Shown one piece after another: positions 23,229 through 32,325 of a stretch of 41,838 nucleotides of DNA. This DNA is from a virus. Within the stretch, counting starts at the first letter, position 1. Each line of letters starts with the position of its first letter. The translations under genes were made by a program, and so were the position numbers. The stretch spans positions 1-41,838 of the IMG/VR virus record IMGVR_UViG_3300033232_000028. One strand, given 5' to 3'. Under the pieces are notes generated by a model. The model did no database searches and was not told where the DNA came from. It saw only the letters and a program-made list of their open reading frames with translations.

Positions 23229-23279
23229 TGTCACTTAATTATCTCACTCAACCATTTTAACGGGCTTTCCTATCTTGTT

Positions 23280-25271
23280 ATGGCAACTATTCCTAACACT
23301 CCAATGCTTTTATCTGCTGACTCTCAGGCAGGTTTGCTTAACTTCCACAGCCAAGCTATTCAACTCTCCTCCAAACTCTGGAACCTTCGTTCACAATTTG
23401 AACGCGCAGATAAAGCATACATGCGTGAAGTGGATAATACAACTGAGAACCAGCGTGCAGTCTTATCTAACGTGTACGGCGATCCTACTAAGTTTCGCAA
23501 CATCACTGTTCCAGTAGTGCTTCCTCAAGTAGAAGGCGCTGTTGTATACCAATCTTCAGTCTTTCTTACTGGCAATCCTATCATTGGTGTTGTAGCTTCT
23601 CCTGAATTCCAAGATGAAGCTACTCAGATGAACTCTGTAATTGAAGAACAACAGATTCGTGGTGGATGGGTAGCTGAATTCCAGAAACACTTCCGTGATG
23701 GATTCAAGTACAACCTTGCAGCTATGGAAGTTTCTTGGTGCAGAGAAGTAACTGCATCTCTTGAGACTGATCTTTACTTCTCAGCTACTCAAGCTAAACC
23801 TAAAGAAACAATCTGGGAAGGTAATAAGATTAAGAAGCTTGACCTGTATAACACTCATTGGGATACTCGGGTTCACCCAACTAAAGTATCTACCCACGGC
23901 GAGTTTGCAGGTTACACTGAGCTAATGTCTCGTGTAGCTCTTAAGAACTTCTTCGCTACATTGCCTTCAACTACCAATGTTAAAGAGGCTTTTGAATCAT
24001 CTGTAGGAGGCAATGGTAACATCTACTATACTCCAATTCTTAATCCAAATAGTTTTGTAGATGATAACATCACCTCCCAAGGTGGTCGCATGGATTGGAT
24101 GGCTTGGGTACATGCATCTAAGTCAGAAGTTAAAATTGACTACAAGAACATGTATGAAGTCTCCACCATGTATGTTCGTATTATTCCCTCAGATTTTAAA
24201 CTGAGAGTTCCCTCTGCTAATACTCCTCAAATCTGGAAACTCATCATTGTTAATCATACTGTGATTGTGTATGCTGAGCGTCAAACTAATGCTCACGGTC
24301 GCATTCCGATTCTGTTCTCTCAGCCTCTTGATGATGGCTTAGGACATCAAACTAAAGCTCTTGCTGAGAACGTAATGCCGATGCAAGCACTAGCTTCTGC
24401 TCTCTGGAATGCTAACATTGCTGCTCGTAGGCGCGCAATTTCTGATCGTGGAATCTATGATCCATCTAAGATTGATGCCAAACATATCAATAGTGATGTA
24501 CCTAATGCTAAGATTCCTGTTCGACCTTCTGCTTATGGTCAGCCAGTTAATAGCGCATACTATCCTATTCCTTTCCGTGATGACCAAGCAGGCACAATCA
24601 CGCAAGAAGCCTCCTCTGTTACTGCAATGGCTAACATGGCATCTGGTCAGAACCAAGTAAGACAAGGACAGTTTGTTAAAGGTAACAAAACACAGTCTGA
24701 ATTCGACACTGTGATGGGTAATGCTAACGGTAGAGACCAATCTACTTCTATGCTGCTAGAAGCTCAACTCTTTACCCCGCTTAAAGAGATTATTAAGCTT
24801 AACAACTTGCAGTACCAAGGTGGCACTTCTATCTACAATCGGGAGGAAGGTAGAGTAATTGAAGTTGATCCAATTAAACTTCGTAAAGCTATCCTTGCAT
24901 TTAAGATGTCAGACGGCTTGCTTCCTACTGATAAATTAATCAATGCAGATACTCTCAGAAATGCAATCTCTGCTCTCTCTACATCTCCACAGCTTGGAGC
25001 TGGATACAACATTGCAGCAGCATTCAGTTACCTTATGAAAACACAAGGAGTTGATTTGAAGCCGTTTGAAAAGAGTGCAGAGCAATTAGCTTATGAGCAA
25101 GCAGTAAGTGCTTGGCAACAAACTGTTATTGAAGCGCTTAAGGAAGGGGCATCTAAGGAACAGTTACCTCCTCAACCTACGCCAGAGCAATTCAACTATG
25201 TACCTTCTAACCAAGTAGCATCTTCAGAACAGCAGCCTGGCCAAATGCAAGCTACTTCAGGAGTATTATAA
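23280..25271 (+). CDS. Portal protein
   Basis: 663-aa ORF just downstream of terL and upstream of the scaffold and capsid genes. The call rests on size and synteny. Confidence 0.7.
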   Translation: MATIPNTPMLLSADSQAGLLNFHSQAIQLSSKLWNLRSQFERADKAYMREVDNTTENQRAVLSNVYGDPTKFRNITVPVVLPQVEGAVVYQSSVFLTGNPIIGVVASPEFQDEATQMNSVIEEQQIRGGWVAEFQKHFRDGFKYNLAAMEVSWCREVTASLETDLYFSATQAKPKETIWEGNKIKKLDLYNTHWDTRVHPTKVSTHGEFAGYTELMSRVALKNFFATLPSTTNVKEAFESSVGGNGNIYYTPILNPNSFVDDNITSQGGRMDWMAWVHASKSEVKIDYKNMYEVSTMYVRIIPSDFKLRVPSANTPQIWKLIIVNHTVIVYAERQTNAHGRIPILFSQPLDDGLGHQTKALAENVMPMQALASALWNANIAARRRAISDRGIYDPSKIDAKHINSDVPNAKIPVRPSAYGQPVNSAYYPIPFRDDQAGTITQEASSVTAMANMASGQNQVRQGQFVKGNKTQSEFDTVMGNANGRDQSTSMLLEAQLFTPLKEIIKLNNLQYQGGTSIYNREEGRVIEVDPIKLRKAILAFKMSDGLLPTDKLINADTLRNAISALSTSPQLGAGYNIAAAFSYLMKTQGVDLKPFEKSAEQLAYEQAVSAWQQTVIEALKEGASKEQLPPQPTPEQFNYVPSNQVASSEQQPGQMQATSGVL

Positions 25272-25275
25272 TAAA

Positions 25276-25578
25276 ATGACACACTTATCCCGTGATGTAC
25301 AAACATTGTTTACTAAATTTCAATTAACCAAAGAGGAGGAATTAGCAGCCATTCAATTTACAACTCACCAGCGAATGTATATTCAAAACATTATTGCTGA
25401 AGCTGCGGAAGAAAAGGTTTGGCTGTCCTTTGATCCAAGTAATCCAAGTGCATTTATGCAAAGAGAGGCAGAACTTCAAGGTACTATCAGAACCTTAACT
25501 GCTCTACTCTCTGCTCATGATGACTACATAGTAGAATCCACAATAGCTTCTCAATCCCAATCTAACCTTTCGGAGTAA
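25276..25578 (+). CDS. Hypothetical protein (100 aa)
   Basis: ORF between the portal and scaffold genes. Confidence 0.55.
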   Translation: MTHLSRDVQTLFTKFQLTKEEELAAIQFTTHQRMYIQNIIAEAAEEKVWLSFDPSNPSAFMQREAELQGTIRTLTALLSAHDDYIVESTIASQSQSNLSE

Positions 25579-25584
25579 TTAATA

Positions 25585-26304
25585 ATGAGCATCCTCGACA
25601 TTTTTTCTTCTAAGCCTGCACCTGCTGCACCTGTTGCCACTACAGATACCTCAGCAACTCCTGCTGATGAAACTCAAACTGCAGCTCCAAATGCTGACGC
25701 AACTTCAAACAAGTCTGCTGATGTCAGTACAACCCCGCTTGACGGTTTTACTAAGCTGTGGGAAACTGATGCTAGCTCAACGGACACAACTAACCAATCC
25801 CTGTTTGGTGATCTTGATCCTAAGAAAGTATTTGAAGCTGCAAAAGGTGCTAACTTTGCAGGAGCAATCAGCCCAGAAGTTCTTCAAGCTGTAGCTGCTG
25901 GTGGAGATGGCGCAACTGCTGCACTGCAACAAGCAATTAACTCCTCTACTCAAGCTGCTTTCGCACAGGCTATGATCGCATCAACTAAGTTGATCGAACA
26001 AGCTATCACTAAAACCAATGCTAAGAATCTCGCTGATTTGCCAGGACTTGTTAAACGGCACACTGCAGCAGACTCTCTGCATACGGAAAATCCTGCACTA
26101 TCTAATCCCGCTGCTGCACCTATTATCGCTGCTGTTCAAGCACAACTTGCACTCAAGCATCCTGATGCAACAGCAAGTCAGTTGAAAGCTATGGCAACAG
26201 ATTACCTTAGTAACTTCGCTGAAGTGGTTAAACCTACTAAAGCTCCTGAATCTAAGAAAGTTGATGTCGGCGCAACTGACTGGAGCACTTTTCTTACTTC
26301 GTAA
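25585..26304 (+). CDS. Scaffolding protein (by position)
   Basis: 239 aa, Ala/Thr/Asp-rich with a low-complexity N-terminus. It lies directly upstream of the major capsid gene. Confidence 0.55.
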   Translation: MSILDIFSSKPAPAAPVATTDTSATPADETQTAAPNADATSNKSADVSTTPLDGFTKLWETDASSTDTTNQSLFGDLDPKKVFEAAKGANFAGAISPEVLQAVAAGGDGATAALQQAINSSTQAAFAQAMIASTKLIEQAITKTNAKNLADLPGLVKRHTAADSLHTENPALSNPAAAPIIAAVQAQLALKHPDATASQLKAMATDYLSNFAEVVKPTKAPESKKVDVGATDWSTFLTS

Positions 26305-26321
26305 CACCTGCAGTTAAGCAG

Positions 26322-26341
26322 TTCAATTCAATTTAATTCAA
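26322..26341. repeat. Pentamer array ttcaa-ttcaa-tttaa-ttcaa
   Basis: Lies immediately upstream of the AGGAGA RBS of the capsid gene. Confidence 0.8.
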
Positions 26342-26354
26342 TAGGAGAAACACA

Positions 26355-27572
26355 ATGGCTGTATTTGAAGGTAATTTTAATAGCTCGATGCTGACTCAAG
26401 ATCTTGCAAAGAAGTCGTTTGCAGGTATGATTACGCGTCTGATGCCTAACGGCTCGGCTCCACTGTTCGGCATGACTTCTATGCTCGGTGATGAAACTGC
26501 TGTAGCTGTTGAGCACGGCTTTTTCAGCAAGACTATGCTGTTCCCTGAAACTACTGCAGCTGCTGCGTTGGTTGGTGACACGACTCTGACTGTTGGTGAT
26601 TCTAGCCAGATGATTCCTGGCATGATCCTGCAATCTTCGCTGACTCGTGAGAACATGATTGTGGATTCCGTTACTAACGGCACCACTATTGTTGTTACTC
26701 GTGCTGTTGGTACTGTGGCTGCTACTGGAATCGCTGATGGCACTGTTCTGTATCAAGTTGGTACTGCATTCGAAGAAGGCTCCACTCGTCCGCAAGCACT
26801 GAACAACACGCCTGTTCGCATTACTAACCTCACGCAAATCTTCCGTAATACGTGGGCACTTACTGATACGGCTCGCGCTATTCAAGTGATTGCAGGTGAA
26901 ACCAACATTGCTGAGTCCCGTCAAGATTGTGCAGCTTTCCATGCTGCTGATATTGAGAAAGCTTTGTTCTTTGGTCAGAAATCTAGCAGCACTCGTAATG
27001 GTCGCCCCTTCCGCACTATGGAAGGTCTGATTGCAGCGATCAATAATACCAACTACTACAGCCCAATTTACGCTGGTGTGCCTAACGTAACTGCTGCTGG
27101 CGCAACCACTACGTATGCTCAACTGGAAACTGCTCTTGATCCTGTGTTCAACCAGAATACTGATCCGAAGATTGCTAACGAGCGTACACTGTTTGTCGGT
27201 GGCACTGCTCGTAAAGTGCTTAACGGTATCGGTAAGTTGTATGGCGATTACGAAATTGTTGATGGTCAGACTTCTTATGGTTTGCAATTCACGACCTTTA
27301 AGACTAGTCGTGGTACGTTCCGTATGATTGAGCATCCGCTGTTTAACACTAACACCACTTGGAGCAAAATGGCTGTTGCTGTTGACTTGTCCACTTTCAA
27401 GGTTGCTTACTTGGGTGATCGCAAGACGCAGAGCAAAGAGTTCAACACTGATGGTAATGCTGCTGATAACGGTATCGACGCTGTTGGTGGTACTCTGACC
27501 ACGGAGCTGACTTGTGTTGTTAAGAATGCTCCTGCTAATGCTGTCATTTACGGTCTGACTGCTGCAGCGTAA
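26355..27572 (+). CDS. Major capsid protein
   Basis: 405 aa with a strong RBS and strongly biased CTG/CGT/GGT codon usage. A terminator lies downstream, and the position after the scaffold gene fits. Confidence 0.75.
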   Translation: MAVFEGNFNSSMLTQDLAKKSFAGMITRLMPNGSAPLFGMTSMLGDETAVAVEHGFFSKTMLFPETTAAAALVGDTTLTVGDSSQMIPGMILQSSLTRENMIVDSVTNGTTIVVTRAVGTVAATGIADGTVLYQVGTAFEEGSTRPQALNNTPVRITNLTQIFRNTWALTDTARAIQVIAGETNIAESRQDCAAFHAADIEKALFFGQKSSSTRNGRPFRTMEGLIAAINNTNYYSPIYAGVPNVTAAGATTTYAQLETALDPVFNQNTDPKIANERTLFVGGTARKVLNGIGKLYGDYEIVDGQTSYGLQFTTFKTSRGTFRMIEHPLFNTNTTWSKMAVAVDLSTFKVAYLGDRKTQSKEFNTDGNAADNGIDAVGGTLTTELTCVVKNAPANAVIYGLTAAA

Positions 27573-27579
27573 ACCCCCT

Positions 27580-27620
27580 GAGAGAGGACGACCTTAATTG
27601 TTGTCCTTCTCTCTTTTCTC
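27580..27620 (+). terminator. Rho-independent terminator after the capsid gene
   Basis: GAGAGAGGAC - 13-nt loop - GTCCTTCTCTC (10 bp with a 1-nt bulge), followed by TTTTCTC. Confidence 0.75.
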
Positions 27621-27654
27621 TACTCTCCAAATCTAAACACAGGAATTATATATC

Positions 27655-28092
27655 ATGGCAATGGCTAAAGTGTTTCACAATTCTGTTCCCAACTGCAAAG
27701 TTATCCACCCAAATGGGCGTCAGATCATCTTTGCAAATGGCAAATGTATTACCTCTATTAAAGTTGATATTGATTATCTTGAAAGCCTTGTAGCTTCTGG
27801 TGATCAATTCATAAGTGTCGATCCTAATGAGCTTGAAATTGATACGGAAGATTTGACCGAAGCTGGCCGCATTAAGAAGCTGCAGCGTGAAGCTGTTGAA
27901 GCATATAAAGCTCAAGTTGCTTTGGCATCTGCTCAAGTATCCAAGTCTACTGAGAACCAAGGAGTCCTTCCTATGACTTCTGCTCAAGTTGTTAATTCGC
28001 TTGAGTCCAACGGTGCAGCAAGTACTGAAAGTAAACCTGCTAGCCTCGAAGGTATTGCGGGCGCCAAAGTTAACCTGACTCCTGCCAAGTAA
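27655..28092 (+). CDS. Hypothetical virion-module protein (145 aa)
   Basis: ORF after the capsid terminator. No recognisable motif. Confidence 0.55.
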   Translation: MAMAKVFHNSVPNCKVIHPNGRQIIFANGKCITSIKVDIDYLESLVASGDQFISVDPNELEIDTEDLTEAGRIKKLQREAVEAYKAQVALASAQVSKSTENQGVLPMTSAQVVNSLESNGAASTESKPASLEGIAGAKVNLTPAK

Positions 28093-28105
28093 GTTCACTC
28101 TAACG

Positions 28106-28128
28106 AGAATCTTTGAAAGAATCTTTGA
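28106..28128. repeat. Direct repeat (agaatctttga)x2
   Basis: Two 11-bp copies separated by 1 nt, ending 1 nt before the ATG at 28130. No Shine-Dalgarno sequence is visible there. Confidence 0.85.
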
Positions 28129-28129
28129 T

Positions 28130-28723
28130 ATGCCAAACGCAGCCTTTACAGCTTTGCTTACAGATGTATACAGCATCACTAATAGGAGTGACCTTGTAGC
28201 TGAGACTACTCTTGCTGTAAGGGCTGCGACTCTGAAGCTTCACCAGAGTGATTTTTATCCTAAAGACTTGTCTGAGGCTAAGGTGCAATTTGCATCTTCA
28301 GATTATTTCCAGTCTTTAGCTTACAGCTCTTTGTTCCCTAGATTCCGTAATCTCGCATACATCCGTAAATACGAGAATGGTGCGCCAACAAGTACACTTA
28401 AAGTTATTGAACCTACAAATATCTTTGATTCATATGGTGTAGCTAAAGAAGATGTATGCTATATGGCAGGTACAGTAATCCAGATTAAATCATCTACAGC
28501 AGTTCAAGATGTTCTACTCGGCTTCTATCAAAACCCTATCACTGATCCTGAAACTTATTCTTCTTGGATTGATGATAATTACAGGTATGCAATTGTAGTT
28601 GAAGCTGTTGCTACCGTATTCAAGATGATTGGCTTTGATGAGCAAGCCTCTATGTATAAGAATATTGCAGCTGAGTGGGCAATGCAAGTTAAAAACTCCA
28701 ATATACTAGCTGAAGGTTATTAA
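28130..28723 (+). CDS. Head-tail adaptor / tail tubular A-type protein (by position)
   Basis: 197-aa ORF in the T7-like slot after the capsid gene. The call rests on synteny only. Confidence 0.4.
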   Translation: MPNAAFTALLTDVYSITNRSDLVAETTLAVRAATLKLHQSDFYPKDLSEAKVQFASSDYFQSLAYSSLFPRFRNLAYIRKYENGAPTSTLKVIEPTNIFDSYGVAKEDVCYMAGTVIQIKSSTAVQDVLLGFYQNPITDPETYSSWIDDNYRYAIVVEAVATVFKMIGFDEQASMYKNIAAEWAMQVKNSNILAEGY

Positions 28724-28735
28724 GGATTTATTAAG

Positions 28736-29053
28736 ATGTCAGATTGGTTTAACCTATTGACAGGCAATGAGTGGCAGCATTACATTCCGTTTGCAGCGCT
28801 TGTAGCAAAACAGCCTATACCAGAAAATAGACCAGCTGCAACAAGAATAATTGAGCAGGGCTTTGTTGGATTAATAGCCTCTGCTGTCACCTTACTTGCC
28901 ACAGTTCAAATTATGCAGAATGATATTGAGGCTTTAAAGAAAGACGCTGATAAGAGAGAGGCGATTGCTGCTAAAGCTGTTGCTGACTCTGAGGTACGTG
29001 TTACAAGTCAAATTCAAGAACTGCGTTCAATTATGTTGCGCGCAAATAGATAG
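28736..29053 (+). CDS. Membrane-anchored coiled-coil protein (holin or i-spanin-like candidate, or virion protein)
   Basis: One hydrophobic segment, GFVGLIASAVTLLATVQIM, is followed by a charged helical region. Confidence 0.5.
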   Translation: MSDWFNLLTGNEWQHYIPFAALVAKQPIPENRPAATRIIEQGFVGLIASAVTLLATVQIMQNDIEALKKDADKREAIAAKAVADSEVRVTSQIQELRSIMLRANR

Positions 29054-29082
29054 CTTAATAGCTTAATAGCTTAATAGCTTAA
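29051..29082. repeat. Tandem repeat (tagcttaa)x4
   Basis: Four perfect 8-bp units. The first TAG is the stop codon of 28736..29053. Confidence 0.95.
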
Positions 29083-29101
29083 TAACTCGGTAAATAATTC
29101 A

Positions 29102-30625
29102 ATGGCACAGCAACAGTACAGAGCTAACTTGTTATCTGCAAACTTCCCATTTCTGTCTGAGAACTTTGGGCGCTCTGTTATTGTTGGTCAGTACGATCAA
29201 AATACATCTAAAGCTGCTGAAGCTTCTGCTGGAAACGATAAGACATCTAATGCAGGTATCCCGCAGATGTACTATTGTCATAATGTAGTACCTACTCAGC
29301 AAGGTCTGCAGTCTGTAGGATACCATCAATTAACTGGTACTGCAGGTAATGGAGCTTTTCGCGGGGTGTTAGCTCTGCGTGACTCTCTGGATCGTAAAGC
29401 TTATCTAGGTTATGACTCAGCAGGTAACATCTATGTAACAACTTCCCCATACAATGCTTGGGTATACAAAGCCACACTAGGTGCAGGTAAGCTGATTACT
29501 CGCGCGTATGTACAAGGTGTAACTTACATCTACATTGCAAACGTAGGATGTTACAAATATAATTTCAACACTAACGCTCTTGAAGCTGTAACTCTAACAG
29601 GACTCACAGCCAGTGCTGTCCTTGGAGTAACTGCACTTAGTGGGTACCTTCTTGTATGGACAGCAGATACAATTGCTTGGAGCGCTATTGCTGACCCAAC
29701 TGATTTTGTACCTTCTCTCTCCACAGGCGCAGGCGGAGGTTCAGTAGAAGGTGCAGCGGGTGCATTGCTTATGTGTGCAGCAGCTAACGTAGGTATTATC
29801 GGCTATACAACTGGTAATGTGATTTCTGCTAACTACACAGGTAACAGCCAGTATCCATTCATCTTTAGAGCCTTACCCTCCTCTGGTGGACTCAAGCTAG
29901 TTCAGCACGCTGACTATGACTCACTCTCTGGCCAGCAGTACGCTTACACTACTTCTGGATTACAACTGTTCGACGTACAGCGCGCTCAAACAGTTCTTCC
30001 AGAAATTACTGATTTCATCTCTGGAACTGAATTCGAAGACTGCAACTCCTCTACAGCAGTCATCACCAAAGAGAAGTTATCTACTGCAATGGTTAAATCC
30101 ATCAAGGTTGTAGCAAATAGATATCTTATTGTATCTTATGGTAAGACTTCACTGACTCATGCAATCTTGTATGACACGCAGCTTAAGCGTTTTGGTAAGC
30201 TTAAGATTACTCATGTCAGTGTAGTAGACCTAATTCTAGGGGAAGAATCTGCTGATGTAGCTAAGAACAGTATTGGCTTTGTTCTTGCTAACGGATCAAT
30301 TCAAGTTGTTGATTGGGATTCCTCAGTTGAAGCTACTGATGCAATTGCGTTTCTAGGTAAGTATCAACTCACGCGTTCCAGACTGCTTCAACTTGATGCT
30401 GTTGAATTTGAGAACATTGAGGTAGGAGATGTTTTCACAGCTAAAGATCTTGTAGCACTTGACGGTAAGAATACAGTATCTAATACTCTTACATTAGCAG
30501 AATCTGCAGGATTGTATAGAAAATACAATTGCAGGCTTGTTGGAACTAACCACACTCTTGCATTGAGTGGCTCATTCAGACTTAACACACTGCTTCTTAC
30601 ATTTAATGTACACGGAAAAAGATAG
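29102..30625 (+). CDS. Tail/nozzle structural protein (by position)
   Basis: 507-aa ORF downstream of the adaptor-like gene, beta-rich in composition. The call rests on synteny only. Confidence 0.45.
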   Translation: MAQQQYRANLLSANFPFLSENFGRSVIVGQYDQNTSKAAEASAGNDKTSNAGIPQMYYCHNVVPTQQGLQSVGYHQLTGTAGNGAFRGVLALRDSLDRKAYLGYDSAGNIYVTTSPYNAWVYKATLGAGKLITRAYVQGVTYIYIANVGCYKYNFNTNALEAVTLTGLTASAVLGVTALSGYLLVWTADTIAWSAIADPTDFVPSLSTGAGGGSVEGAAGALLMCAAANVGIIGYTTGNVISANYTGNSQYPFIFRALPSSGGLKLVQHADYDSLSGQQYAYTTSGLQLFDVQRAQTVLPEITDFISGTEFEDCNSSTAVITKEKLSTAMVKSIKVVANRYLIVSYGKTSLTHAILYDTQLKRFGKLKITHVSVVDLILGEESADVAKNSIGFVLANGSIQVVDWDSSVEATDAIAFLGKYQLTRSRLLQLDAVEFENIEVGDVFTAKDLVALDGKNTVSNTLTLAESAGLYRKYNCRLVGTNHTLALSGSFRLNTLLLTFNVHGKR

Positions 30626-30633
30626 GAGTTGAA

Positions 30634-31137
30634 ATGAGCGTACAATCTTATGCACTTAACCTTGGGCTTAATGCTGTACCTGATGACTCTCTTGACCCAG
30701 AAGTGTGGGCAGAGCTTAATAAGGTATTTGCTGCGCTTAAAGCTCTAGCTGACTCTATGGACTCAGGAGTGCATCCCGGCCTAATTGGTACTCCTGGCTC
30801 TCAGATTAAAGCGCAAATATACTCAGTAATGTATCGTCAGCCTCAGGTAGCAATTCCTGCAGGTACAGTGTGTATGTTCGATAAAGGAGTGCCTAGACCT
30901 TGTAGTGCTACTTACCCCTTTGCAGATGGCATTGCCGAAGTAGACATTGCTGCTAATACTCCTGGCCCATTCATTATGTTTGGACTTGTGTACTATGTTC
31001 CAGGCGGGCTGGTTTCTGGATCAAGATACTACATTAATACTGGAGGCTCTGGAGCAATTACAACTGATGCTGGAGGCAGATTTGTAGGTCAAGCCTTCTC
31101 AGCTCATTCACTCTTTTTTGATCCTCAGAGATTCTAA
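30634..31137 (+). CDS. Tail-associated protein, paralogue of 31152..31814
   Basis: The N-terminal DPEVWAELNKVFAALKALA matches DPKLWLELSRVHSAIKEMA of the next gene. Confidence 0.5.
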   Translation: MSVQSYALNLGLNAVPDDSLDPEVWAELNKVFAALKALADSMDSGVHPGLIGTPGSQIKAQIYSVMYRQPQVAIPAGTVCMFDKGVPRPCSATYPFADGIAEVDIAANTPGPFIMFGLVYYVPGGLVSGSRYYINTGGSGAITTDAGGRFVGQAFSAHSLFFDPQRF

Positions 31138-31151
31138 CAGGAATACTTGCT

Positions 31152-31814
31152 ATGTCTCTAATTGATATGTCAGCAGCTGAAGCAATCTCAAGGACACTTA
31201 ACAGTGCTCCTAACTCAAGAGTTGATCCTAAGCTGTGGCTTGAACTCTCAAGAGTGCACTCAGCTATTAAGGAGATGGCAGCTCTTACTGATGCAACCAG
31301 TAATCCACCTGGAGGTACATATAATGATGTACCAGTTAATATGTACCTGCAAGAGCAGACAGTTGTAACTGCTCGTGCTGCTCAAGCTGTGCTTGCATAT
31401 CGACCTGTTAGATTGATACTCACAGCTGGTGAACTCCAAGCCTACTGGCCAGCATACAGCTCTGCTCCTACAATCTTCACTCGCGCTGATGCAGTTTCTA
31501 CTGCTGATGTAGCTGTTGGAGAACTTGGACACTTCATTCTTAGAGGAATAGCAGCTGCTAGAGTAGCTAACTTAACTACAGCCTATCTTGATTGGTTTAA
31601 GAGTAGACTGTTTGCAAACGGCCAGCCAACAGGTTCTAATGGAGGCCACTATTTTGATGCTAATGGAGGCTCCTCAGGTTCAACTTTTGCTAACCGAGAC
31701 TATGCAATCTGTGGAGTACTTCTTCATACATATCAAGCGGCTGCACCTCTGAGCACTTGTCTTATGTACTTTAACCCTGAACGCACTTGGAACGATAAGG
31801 GATATACATCTTAA
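31152..31814 (+). CDS. Tail-associated protein, paralogue of 30634..31137
   Basis: Shares the N-terminal motif but has a divergent, longer C-terminus. Confidence 0.5.
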   Translation: MSLIDMSAAEAISRTLNSAPNSRVDPKLWLELSRVHSAIKEMAALTDATSNPPGGTYNDVPVNMYLQEQTVVTARAAQAVLAYRPVRLILTAGELQAYWPAYSSAPTIFTRADAVSTADVAVGELGHFILRGIAAARVANLTTAYLDWFKSRLFANGQPTGSNGGHYFDANGGSSGSTFANRDYAICGVLLHTYQAAAPLSTCLMYFNPERTWNDKGYTS

Positions 31815-31819
31815 CTATT

Positions 31820-32278
31820 ATGAAATTATCAGATCATTTTACTCTTGCAGAAGCAACATTTTCTAGAACTGCTTCTAAGCGACGCATCGACAATACACCT
31901 TCTGAGGCGGAGATTCAGACATTAACTAAGTGTGCCACTCAGCTTGAAAAGGTACGAGCACTTCTCGGCAATCGCCCAGTCACTGTATCTTCTTGGTTCC
32001 GCTCTCCTCAGCTTAGTATTGCAATTGGATCCTCTGCTCGCTCTCAGCACTGTAAAGCTGAAGCAGTTGATTTTATGTGCCACTCCTTTGGATCAGTTCG
32101 CTCTATCTGCGAGCGCATTATTGATCACAAGGAGCTAATTAAATACGATCAACTTATTCTTGAGAATGGTTGGGTACATATCTCATTTGCAATTGTATCC
32201 CGTAAAATCCCTCGTGGCCAAGTCCTTACAATAACCCCAGATGGGAAAACTCATCTTGGACTTGTACACTATAAATAA
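31820..32278 (+). CDS. Peptidase M15 family cell-wall hydrolase (endolysin)
   Basis: SSWFRSPQLS...SQHCKAEAVDF...GWVHISF fits the H-x6-D...H zinc-site pattern of Peptidase_M15_3 / VanY-like enzymes. Confidence 0.7.
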   Translation: MKLSDHFTLAEATFSRTASKRRIDNTPSEAEIQTLTKCATQLEKVRALLGNRPVTVSSWFRSPQLSIAIGSSARSQHCKAEAVDFMCHSFGSVRSICERIIDHKELIKYDQLILENGWVHISFAIVSRKIPRGQVLTITPDGKTHLGLVHYK

Positions 32279-32325
32279 GATAGCAAGACTTATCAATACA
32301 CCTACATACACAGGAGCTATACATT

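Noticed and set aside
26328-27335. A 335-aa minus-strand ORF, plus 26396..26743 and 27115..27327, overlapping the capsid gene
   Set aside because: This is a shadow ORF antisense to a strongly supported, codon-biased gene. Its translation is low-complexity (Ser/Thr/Asn/Arg-rich) and there is no RBS. The open frames are explained by the codon bias of the sense gene.
27646-28179. A 177-aa minus-strand ORF opposite 27655..28092
   Set aside because: It is antisense within the unidirectional late operon and has no start context. The plus-strand ORF follows the capsid terminator and fits the operon.
6749-29082. The possibility that the short repeats form CRISPR arrays
   Set aside because: The units are 5-14 bp and directly tandem, with no spacers. 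No cas genes are present.
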